From positions 124,001 through 188,000 of the IMG/VR virus record IMGVR_UViG_3300017786_003484: 64,000 bases of DNA. The stretch is one strand, 5' to 3'. The position numbers and the translations under genes are program-made. The notes beneath the pieces were generated by a model that saw nothing but the letters and a program-made list of their open reading frames with translations, had not been told where the DNA came from and searched no databases. Shown piece after piece: positions 56,061 through 64,000 of this stretch (its first letter is position 1; every line of letters begins with the position of its first letter).

Positions 56061-57041
56061 ATGAACAACAACATTCCAAGTTCACTATGGGGACAATATG
56101 ATACAGTAACCTTTAGGTTTAATGGCAATTTGGAATGGCAACCAACTCCTCCAGGATCTAATTGGAATAAACTGCAGGTTGCTAATGTTATGAGTTTTAT
56201 TTCTGGTGATATTCCTTGGAATCATCTAGCAAGAACAAGTAGAAGTACAATAGCAGTTATTGATCCGTCTGTTGATTTAAGGTACCTTCATCATATTCCT
56301 TCACATGTTTGGCAAGGTAGTAATTTTGTAAGTGAAAGATGGACTAAGGTTCCGTACATACCTGTTGATGTTCCTAAGATAGAACCTGATAACTGGGATT
56401 TATTTTGGGAATTATGGGATAAAGAAAAAGATAGAATTAAGAGAGAAGCCAACGAGCCAGACTATTGGCGAGGAGTAATGATATATTTAAATGAGACTAT
56501 AGACCCTTCTAACTTTAATTTTAATACTACTCCAATTTCAGATTGGACTATGCATTTTCCTAAGATGTTTGATGCTATACGAAATGCAGTCCCTTTTAAA
56601 TTTATTGAAAAGATTGTTCTCTGGCAAAATGTAAGAGAAATAGATCCTCATTTTGATCCAGACCATTGGGTACTTCCGTGGCCTGATAGTTTAAGAGTTA
56701 TGTTGCATGACACTAATAAGAAGCCAACATTGTACATGACTAAATGGCCTGAACGTGATGACAACTATAACCCTTCTCCAGTAACATCTATAAAAGGAGG
56801 AGACTTTGGAACTAATGCAAGTAATGTAGACAACAAAGATAAATTTTATGTAGAAGTTCCAGAAGAAACAAACACCTTTCTATTAAATAACGGTGCGTTC
56901 TTACATGGAGCAGATATGGGAACAGAAAAAATTATAATGGCTATCAAAGGAACACCGGATCACTTTACTTGGCTAAAAAGTTTAGAATCTAGTTACAACA
57001 AATATAAAAGGGATGACTATGACAGTTTCTTTAAATCTTAG
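56061..57041 (+). CDS. Putative 2OG-Fe(II)/DSBH oxygenase, paralog of 10852
   Basis: PHFD..WPDSLRVML.D.N..PT...LHGA. Confidence 0.6.
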   Translation: MNNNIPSSLWGQYDTVTFRFNGNLEWQPTPPGSNWNKLQVANVMSFISGDIPWNHLARTSRSTIAVIDPSVDLRYLHHIPSHVWQGSNFVSERWTKVPYIPVDVPKIEPDNWDLFWELWDKEKDRIKREANEPDYWRGVMIYLNETIDPSNFNFNTTPISDWTMHFPKMFDAIRNAVPFKFIEKIVLWQNVREIDPHFDPDHWVLPWPDSLRVMLHDTNKKPTLYMTKWPERDDNYNPSPVTSIKGGDFGTNASNVDNKDKFYVEVPEETNTFLLNNGAFLHGADMGTEKIIMAIKGTPDHFTWLKSLESSYNKYKRDDYDSFFKS

Positions 57042-57951
57042 AAGAAATACAAACGAACATAATGTATCAGGGTCTCTAAATCATAGAGCACCATTTCTAA
57101 AAAATCAGATGAAACCATCTAAAACTTTTAATGATTTAATTAAGTTTGAAATGACTGAAACAGATTGTATTAAGTTAAAAGAAGATACACTAGGTGCGGT
57201 TGAGAAGTTTGGTAATTGGGGATATAGATTAAAAAACTATAAAGATGATGCTGGATATTTAGGAACAGGTTTAACCTATAATCCAAGGCACATTGATAGC
57301 ACAAACGATTTCAAAGAACAAGATATACATCAACAAGTACAAGGAAACTATGACCCTGGTGCAAAAGGTCTTAATGGACAAAATCCTTATAGTAGGCTTA
57401 CTGGCAAAGATTCTGTATTTGCTAAAGTAAATACCCATTATGACACCTTCTCGATGTGTTACCGTACTCCTGCTAGTAAACATGGCTATTTGGGCGACTT
57501 TTGTAATACTTTTAAAAGAAGCATGGTTAGAAGCAGTATAAGGGTTATTAACGCCGCCGCTACGGGTCATAATATGGGTAAAGATATTAATGACAAGAAA
57601 ATGAGAGCAGGAGTAGCATGGCATACAGACGAATCAATTTTTGAGAATTTAAGGATTAATATTCCTGTTGAAACTCATCCTATTTTTGTATTAGAACAAA
57701 AAGGATATCCACCTCAACATTTACAAGCAAATTATGCTTACAGTTGGAACACATCATTATTACATAGAGCATATTGTACAGAGAGAACACAAAGTCCGTT
57801 ATACAGAACACATATTATGTTAGGCTTTTCATGTTGGTGGGATTTTAATGAAACAACAGAAACTTGGACACAAAATGAATTTTTTGGTAAAAAACATCCA
57901 TGGGATATGTTACATGACGGAGAAGTTATACCAGGGTTAAAATTGGTATAA
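57013..57951 (+). CDS. AspH-like oxygenase
   Basis: WHTD..LRINIPV...WNT..LHR...RTHIMLG. Confidence 0.7.
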   Translation: MTMTVSLNLRRNTNEHNVSGSLNHRAPFLKNQMKPSKTFNDLIKFEMTETDCIKLKEDTLGAVEKFGNWGYRLKNYKDDAGYLGTGLTYNPRHIDSTNDFKEQDIHQQVQGNYDPGAKGLNGQNPYSRLTGKDSVFAKVNTHYDTFSMCYRTPASKHGYLGDFCNTFKRSMVRSSIRVINAAATGHNMGKDINDKKMRAGVAWHTDESIFENLRINIPVETHPIFVLEQKGYPPQHLQANYAYSWNTSLLHRAYCTERTQSPLYRTHIMLGFSCWWDFNETTETWTQNEFFGKKHPWDMLHDGEVIPGLKLV

Positions 57952-57981
57952 CAGTTAGTAGAAAGGAAAATATATAGTAGT

Positions 57982-58731
57982 ATGAGTGTATTCAGTAGTC
58001 AAAATCCAAATGCCGTGCAGGGAGTTGGTGCTTCGCATAGTAAGCAAGGAATTAGAGTTAATGATCTAAAATTAGAGAACGTTGCCGCTGAGGTTGCATT
58101 GTCAGCAATAGGCAACTTTGAACCTCTGGACTATAAGTTAGACATTCATGGGATTCATAGTGTTATTAATGAAAAATATGGAAATGATTGGGTTGACTAT
58201 CTTCCTCGTACAGACAGACCTAATAATAGAAAAGCTATGTCTCTAACAACAATACCAGGATGGACGCATCAAAGTCCACCAAGTATACCAGAAGCTATAA
58301 AGCATATGAAAAGAGATGTAAAGGAGTTTGAATTTTCAACTCCAACAGATTTGTATAAAGATTGCGATCGTGCATACCCAGGCAATACAAGTTTGAAATC
58401 ATTCTTAGACGAATGGCAACCCCTAGGACGTACCTTTATTGTTAATGCTGGCATTGGCGGATATTTTGTACCTCATAGAGACCATCCTGGAATGCCTCGA
58501 CCAGCTCTACGCCTAATTGCATTTTTACAAAATTGCGGTCCTATGGATTATGACTGGATGATGGACAACAGAAAGGTTGACATTGAACTTGGAAGAGTGT
58601 ATTATGTTAATACTAGAATGACTCATAGAACTATGAGTTGGGTTAATGACAGTTGGCATCTTATATTGAACGTTCCTTTTAATGCAAGTAATGTTTCAAA
58701 AGTACTAGAAAATTTACAACACCGTCATTAA
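57982..58731 (+). CDS. AspH-like oxygenase
   Basis: GGYFVPHRD...VNTRMTHRT...HLILNV. Confidence 0.7.
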   Translation: MSVFSSQNPNAVQGVGASHSKQGIRVNDLKLENVAAEVALSAIGNFEPLDYKLDIHGIHSVINEKYGNDWVDYLPRTDRPNNRKAMSLTTIPGWTHQSPPSIPEAIKHMKRDVKEFEFSTPTDLYKDCDRAYPGNTSLKSFLDEWQPLGRTFIVNAGIGGYFVPHRDHPGMPRPALRLIAFLQNCGPMDYDWMMDNRKVDIELGRVYYVNTRMTHRTMSWVNDSWHLILNVPFNASNVSKVLENLQHRH

Positions 58732-58750
58732 AATAACATAGGAGAAATAA

Positions 58751-59383
58751 ATGCGATATTATAATATTGATCTTAGTGGCTATGGCGGTGAAGTAGTCTA
58801 CGGAAAACTTACAAAAGAACAACACGATTTTTGGCACGATAAAGAAGAGAGTGATATTACAGCTCATGCTTTTTGGGATCCGTTTGATGAAGGTGATGAA
58901 AACTTAGTTCAAGACGAAGAAGATCCTAGGTGGTTAGGTTATTGGCATGACCTTGATGATATTGTACATCTAAATGGAGGCACAATGTCCGATGCTTGGA
59001 TTACTGTTGAAGAAGTTTCAAGTGCAGACTATGCCGCCTCAAGTATAAAAGAAATTGTTGATAGAGTTGATGTAGCAGAATTTATTAAAACTAATAAGAA
59101 TGAGTTAACACAAGAAGCTATCGACTTAGATGATTATGCAAACGAAGATGGACATAACTATATCTTTTATGGCATGAGTATTGAAAAAGGACAGTTCCAT
59201 TTATCAACTATTGAGCTTCCTGATGATGAAGAATTTGATCTTTCTAAGATTAATTTCTGTGCAACTGAGCTTGATAATGGTGATAACATTGTTGAAGTGT
59301 TGTCGTATGGAGATATTGATTTAGATAACGTAGGCGGTGATTCAACTGGAAAAGGTTATAGTACAACCATATTTGATTACTAA
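58751..59383 (+). CDS. Highly acidic hypothetical protein
   Basis: AGGAG SD; GYGGE, EKG, STGKG motifs. Confidence 0.7.
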   Translation: MRYYNIDLSGYGGEVVYGKLTKEQHDFWHDKEESDITAHAFWDPFDEGDENLVQDEEDPRWLGYWHDLDDIVHLNGGTMSDAWITVEEVSSADYAASSIKEIVDRVDVAEFIKTNKNELTQEAIDLDDYANEDGHNYIFYGMSIEKGQFHLSTIELPDDEEFDLSKINFCATELDNGDNIVEVLSYGDIDLDNVGGDSTGKGYSTTIFDY

Positions 59384-59394
59384 TAAATAACGAT

Positions 59395-60021
59395 ATGAAA
59401 CTTACAGTAGGTCCATCTGATTGTATTAGAGAAATAGAAGTCTTGTTACCAGATGTCTTAGATGTTGGGGTTATGTTAAGTGGAGGTGCTGACTCTGCTA
59501 TACTACTTTACATGTTAATTGAAGAAAGACGAAATACAAATTCACAACATATAATTAGACCTTTTACTGTTGCTCGTCCTGATGGTGCTTGGAATTATGT
59601 TGCTCCTATAGTAGATTGGATTAGAACAAAAACTGATATTCATATTGATGCTCCAATTAAAGTAGGCAATCCAGACTTACATCATAGTAAACAAGGACGT
59701 TCAGGAGCAGATGAAGCCTTTAGTAAATATGGAATTGAGCATATCTTCTATGGTAGTCAAGCACATCCTCCTGTAAAAATGCCAGGTGATTACCCATCAA
59801 GACCTAGTGCAGTTAACCTACCTCATACTACTTGTCCTTTTGCACTTGTTGATAAAAGACATACGTTACATTTATATGATAAACTTCAAGTATGGGATCT
59901 AATTAAACTAACTCATTCATGTACACATAGAACCGAAGGCCGATGCGGAGAGTGTTATAATTGTACAGAACGTTCCTGGGCATTAGAAGAGCTTGGGTTC
60001 GCTGACCCTGGAGAAAAATAA
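59395..60021 (+). CDS. QueC-like PP-loop ATPase with C-terminal Zn motif
   Basis: LSGGADS, PF...DK, THSC......CGECYNC.ER. Confidence 0.75.
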   Translation: MKLTVGPSDCIREIEVLLPDVLDVGVMLSGGADSAILLYMLIEERRNTNSQHIIRPFTVARPDGAWNYVAPIVDWIRTKTDIHIDAPIKVGNPDLHHSKQGRSGADEAFSKYGIEHIFYGSQAHPPVKMPGDYPSRPSAVNLPHTTCPFALVDKRHTLHLYDKLQVWDLIKLTHSCTHRTEGRCGECYNCTERSWALEELGFADPGEK

Positions 60022-61595
60022 TGGCTCAGATAATAATTTGTGCTGGCATATCAGTTATTCCATATATTAGACCTGTTGGAACATTTCAATTAGCAAATGT
60101 ATTAAGACAAGCTGGATACACAGTTCAAGTTATTGATCAATATCCATGGATTGCACATTTAGGTTTAGATGTTGTTAAGCAGTTATTAGATAAGTTTGTA
60201 GGACCCGAAACATTATGGATTGGGTATAGTAGCACTTGGTTTCGTAAGATTGAACAGATGGTTCCTGGCTCTCCAATGGCCTGGCACCTGCCAAGTAAGC
60301 CAGGAACAACTCCTGGTAATGAAGATTTAAGAACTAATACATTATTATTTTCAGAAGAGGAAATACATGACTTACGAGCATTTGTACATAAGAAAAATCC
60401 TAATGTTAAATTTGTATTAGGAGGTGCTAGATCTCCCAAAGGACGTATTGCTTTATTTTCTCCATTGGTTGACATTTATATAGAAGGTTATGCTGATAAT
60501 ACAGTAGTACGACTTAGTAAGTATTTAGAAGGAAAACTTCCTAGCCTAGATGCCAAGCCAGTTAGTTACGGAGGCAAAGAAATACCAGATGTATATATGA
60601 TTAATGATGATGTTAAAGCAGAATCATTTGATTATAATAACTTTAAATTTTCTTGGCATGATTCTGATTTAGTTAATTGGGGAGAAACCTTACCTATGGA
60701 AATTGCTCGAGGTTGTATTTTTAATTGTGCTTTTTGTTCATACCCATTAAACGGACGTAAGAAAATGGATTACTTAAAGGATCCGCTAATATTAAGAGAA
60801 CAAATGATAGAAAACTATGAAAGATTTGGTACAACAAACTATTTCTTTTTAGACGATACATTCAATGAAAGTGTAGACAAACTTGAGATATTAGCAGAAC
60901 ATACATTTTCTAACTTAGATTTTAGGCCACGGTTTGGAGCCTTTATGAGGGCAGACTTAATTGCACATAATCCTAGGCAGATACAACTATTAAAAGATAT
61001 AGGTGTCAGCGGTGCATTCTTTGGCATTGAAAGTTTAAATTATGAAGCAAACAAATCTGTAGGTAAAGGTATTAAGAAGGATAAACTTTATGATTCCTTG
61101 TGTAGAATTAGAGAAGAATGGCCAGATGATGTTGTTACTGACTCTCAGTTTATTATGGGGTTGCCTAATGATAGCGAAGAAACAATTACAGAATGGGTTA
61201 CAGAATTATTACATCCTGACTTTCCTTTAGATGCGGCAAAGATTGAACCACTTGCATTAGATAAAGATCAAGTTAAGTCTACATGGGTAAGCAGTTTTGC
61301 CCGATTCCCTGACAGGTATGGATTTAGTTTTCCAGATGATACAAAACCTTGGCTTTGGGTAAACAATACAGGATTTTCCAGTGATGATGCACAAAAACTT
61401 AAAATGAAAATGGCCTCACAATGGAGAGTTAAAGATAAGCCTGCATGGGTAGGAGACTACGGATTAATGAATGTTGGTGTACCAGCAGATGTTATTGAGG
61501 ATAGGAAAAAAGGTGCAAAATTTGATGGTAGGGACCGTGGTAGACGTATATCTTTTGTAAAGGAATATATTAAGAAGCTATTGGCTCTACCTTAA
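60021..61595 (+). CDS. Radical SAM protein with B12-binding-like N-terminus (class B-like)
   Basis: R..G...LA..LR..G, VLGG, EIARGCIFNCAFC, DDTFN, FGIES, IMGLP. Confidence 0.85.
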   Translation: MAQIIICAGISVIPYIRPVGTFQLANVLRQAGYTVQVIDQYPWIAHLGLDVVKQLLDKFVGPETLWIGYSSTWFRKIEQMVPGSPMAWHLPSKPGTTPGNEDLRTNTLLFSEEEIHDLRAFVHKKNPNVKFVLGGARSPKGRIALFSPLVDIYIEGYADNTVVRLSKYLEGKLPSLDAKPVSYGGKEIPDVYMINDDVKAESFDYNNFKFSWHDSDLVNWGETLPMEIARGCIFNCAFCSYPLNGRKKMDYLKDPLILREQMIENYERFGTTNYFFLDDTFNESVDKLEILAEHTFSNLDFRPRFGAFMRADLIAHNPRQIQLLKDIGVSGAFFGIESLNYEANKSVGKGIKKDKLYDSLCRIREEWPDDVVTDSQFIMGLPNDSEETITEWVTELLHPDFPLDAAKIEPLALDKDQVKSTWVSSFARFPDRYGFSFPDDTKPWLWVNNTGFSSDDAQKLKMKMASQWRVKDKPAWVGDYGLMNVGVPADVIEDRKKGAKFDGRDRGRRISFVKEYIKKLLALP

Positions 61596-62532
61596 ATTTA
61601 TCTAATTGCAAGTCGACAGCAGTCTTACAATATCTTTTAGTACATATAATATTTTCCTGTAGTAAGTCAAATTTATCTATACGTCCTAACTTTTGTATAC
61701 TACAAATACCAGCATATGCATTACCATCAAAGTTTACACGAATACCACTATTACCAGCAGTACAACTCCAGCCTTGCATTTGATGCTGATTGGTAGTTAC
61801 AAGATCAAAAGGATTAACTAAATTGTAAGAAGTTTGATCATCGTTATAAGCAAATACTTTTCTATCTACTTCATCAAATCTTCTCATTATACCTGACCAG
61901 CCGCTTTTCTTTTCTCTAATATATTGCAACTGACTTTCTTCGTATTCATAAGGCTTGCCATCATTTATACCGCCGGAATGATCTGTTAGTATCTTTCCAT
62001 TTACTTGTTTCTTAAGTCTGTCTGTTAATGCGTCATATAAATGCTTAACCGTTTCCCATTGTATTGGATCACACATCATATTAAACGATACATCACAACC
62101 ATTATCTAGTAAGTATTCTCCTAGTAAATTAATACGATCCATCTTACTAAACCCTGGATGTAAGCTCATAGTCACCTTGTCCGGTAGGCTTTCTAATCCT
62201 TGCCACCATTTTAAAGCACGACTGCCATTACTTACAGTTTCCAATATACCGTGTGGTTTAAGTCTGTGTATAATTTCTCCATACATAGGATGCAATGTTG
62301 GCTCACCGCCTGATAAACATACCTGTAAAAACCTATCACCTTTGTGTACATTTATTAGCCTGTCTAAGAAACCATCTATTTCTTCGTTAGTTGGGTAACC
62401 CATTTTACGTCCGTGATGATGATCACCTGAATGTAGGTTAGTAGGACAATAAGCACATTCAAAATTGCAGAAATCAGTAATTGTCCAATACACATATAAT
62501 GTAGGAGTAACCTTTCTTATTTCTCTAAGCAC
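61570..62532 (-). CDS. Radical SAM protein
   Basis: CNFECAYC, SGGEPTL, SNGS, C-terminal Cys cluster. Confidence 0.88.
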   Translation of the reverse strand: MLREIRKVTPTLYVYWTITDFCNFECAYCPTNLHSGDHHHGRKMGYPTNEEIDGFLDRLINVHKGDRFLQVCLSGGEPTLHPMYGEIIHRLKPHGILETVSNGSRALKWWQGLESLPDKVTMSLHPGFSKMDRINLLGEYLLDNGCDVSFNMMCDPIQWETVKHLYDALTDRLKKQVNGKILTDHSGGINDGKPYEYEESQLQYIREKKSGWSGIMRRFDEVDRKVFAYNDDQTSYNLVNPFDLVTTNQHQMQGWSCTAGNSGIRVNFDGNAYAGICSIQKLGRIDKFDLLQENIICTKRYCKTAVDLQLDKFKVEPIAS

Positions 62533-63364
62533 TTTTTTCTTTCCATGTTTTATTATGCTCTTCTAATTGTTCTGATAATATTTTTTGCTTAGGAGGCTGT
62601 ACCATTTGAGGTGAGTCTTTTGTAGCCCAATCCCAATGTTTATCTGCATCAGTTAGTTTTTTACTTGTAAAGATACTTAATCCAATTTTACGTTTAACAC
62701 CCCATCTAGGAAATGCAGTACTACAATGTAGCCTGTCTCTTGGAAATGTCATTGGTATCCCAGGTGTCCATTGAAAATGTTTATCTACTGATAGTCCTTC
62801 GAATGTACTTTGTGGTATATGTTTAGCATATTTTAATAGTATAGGATCAAAATAGCCATCTTCTTTTAATCCAATTACATCACTATAATCAGTAACATCA
62901 GTATTCCATTCTTTTCTATCAGTCTTCCAACCTTTGTTATCATTTTTCATTCTATCTTTGTTTACGTTTCCTTTTGCAAAGAAACCTGCATCTTTCTTCC
63001 ATTGCTGATCCATTACTATAAATCTATTATTTTCTGGAAAATATTCTAATTCTAAATTACGTTCAATGAATAAAGGAAATACAAATGTTTGCAAAACCTG
63101 ATCTGGGGATTCTCCTCTTCCTGTATCAGTATGCACCATATACCCTGCTTCTGTTGAAAAATAGTTTCCACCGGTAACCACCCATTCTTCTCCTAGGTAT
63201 TCGTTTATCATAGGACCTAGTAAATGCAAAGCACTAGTCATTCCAAAAGCAAATTTTCTTCCAAATGCATGTTCGGTGGTGTGTACGTTATTTTCAAATT
63301 CATAAAGTAACTTATCAATTACACTTTGATCTATTTCATTTAATGTGGTTACGGGAGTTCTCAT
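62525..63364 (-). CDS. Putative 2OG-Fe(II)/DSBH oxygenase
   Basis: VHTD...FVFPL...W.PG...F.RDRLHCS...K.GLSIF. Confidence 0.6.
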   Translation of the reverse strand: MRTPVTTLNEIDQSVIDKLLYEFENNVHTTEHAFGRKFAFGMTSALHLLGPMINEYLGEEWVVTGGNYFSTEAGYMVHTDTGRGESPDQVLQTFVFPLFIERNLELEYFPENNRFIVMDQQWKKDAGFFAKGNVNKDRMKNDNKGWKTDRKEWNTDVTDYSDVIGLKEDGYFDPILLKYAKHIPQSTFEGLSVDKHFQWTPGIPMTFPRDRLHCSTAFPRWGVKRKIGLSIFTSKKLTDADKHWDWATKDSPQMVQPPKQKILSEQLEEHNKTWKEKSA

Positions 63365-64000
63365 CTTCTGTTTTCATAACTTCCTGGCTGAGCCATTTTA
63401 GGAACAGGAAATATCACGTCTACCTGTTCTTTTATACTATTAGTTATCTTCGGTACAAACTCTCCTGCTTTTAAATTATCTATTAGGTGAGGAATTTTAT
63501 GGCTTCTTGGTATTGATACTGCCCACGGAAACCTTAGATTAAAATATGCAATTAAGAATTGAGGAACCGTTGCTCCAATGCTTTCTGCTATAGGTTCTAC
63601 TTGCTTCAATTCAGGCATATCCCAAAAGTCTCCTCTATAAGATTCTGTTGGATTCTGTTGCGGTCTTTGATATCCACTAGCTCTACCTCCACCAAATACA
63701 CTATGTGGCATACCTGTTAGTTCTGCATCAAATTTAGTGTTCCATGAAACAACTCTCTCATATCCATTAGCACCTTTTTCTGTGTAAAATTGATCCGGAT
63801 ATCTATGCTTAGGTCCGTAACGAAATTGTATAACTTGCAGTCTTTGTTCTTTAGGATAGTTTTCAGCCTCTTCAAAAGTTCTCCATTCATGTATTGCTCT
63901 GCCTTTTAAATTACTACAACCTACACTCCTAATTGTTCCTTCGGATTGACATTCAGCCATCCATTCTGCACATTTTTCTATACTAACACCTTCCATAAAA
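63361..64000 (-). CDS. Aldo/keto reductase (5' part outside the window)
   Basis: G.IRSVGCSN, Q..Y, T.PQ, IPRS...HL.DNL.A. Confidence 0.75.
   Translation of the reverse strand, partial: FMEGVSIEKCAEWMAECQSEGTIRSVGCSNLKGRAIHEWRTFEEAENYPKEQRLQVIQFRYGPKHRYPDQFYTEKGANGYERVVSWNTKFDAELTGMPHSVFGGGRASGYQRPQQNPTESYRGDFWDMPELKQVEPIAESIGATVPQFLIAYFNLRFPWAVSIPRSHKIPHLIDNLKAGEFVPKITNSIKEQVDVIFPVPKMAQPGSYENRR

Overview
This is an AT-rich, densely coding 64-kb segment, mostly on the + strand. It reads best as the accessory, non-structural region of a large tailed phage, probably T4-like or jumbo, aquatic, and infecting a Gram-negative (probably proteobacterial) host. That assignment is inference from gene content: there are no rRNA or core operons, but there are three lone tRNAs (Thr-UGU, Arg-UCU, Gly-UCC), an ATP-dependent DNA ligase, bS21, Hsp20, ClpP/ClpX/ClpS, a porin and many short orphan ORFs behind repeated strong promoters. 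The standard genetic code fits. Content is dominated by paralogous expansions of modifying enzymes: about 10 2OG-Fe(II)/AspH-like oxygenases, 7 radical-SAM proteins, 6 PP-loop (SxGxDS) ATPases, a carbamoyltransferase, FkbM, GNAT, SET and SGNH proteins. The strongest observations are: (1) a two-gene module, an unknown ~240-aa partner plus a glutaminase-less asparagine-synthetase-like ATPase, present two or three times, once flanked by a pyruvoyl decarboxylase and a GNAT; (2) a TATAAATA-like motif placed 4-5 nt before the ATG of at least 8 genes, suggesting leaderless late mRNAs; (3) repeated GGTTGAC promoter cassettes that also supply the upstream gene's stop codon; (4) a lipase next to an Ala/Gly-rich protein with an S74 autocleavage domain; (5) a ROSE-like thermometer on hsp20 and an SD-sequestering hairpin at 699-745. 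All family calls come from motifs read by eye; no database searches were run.
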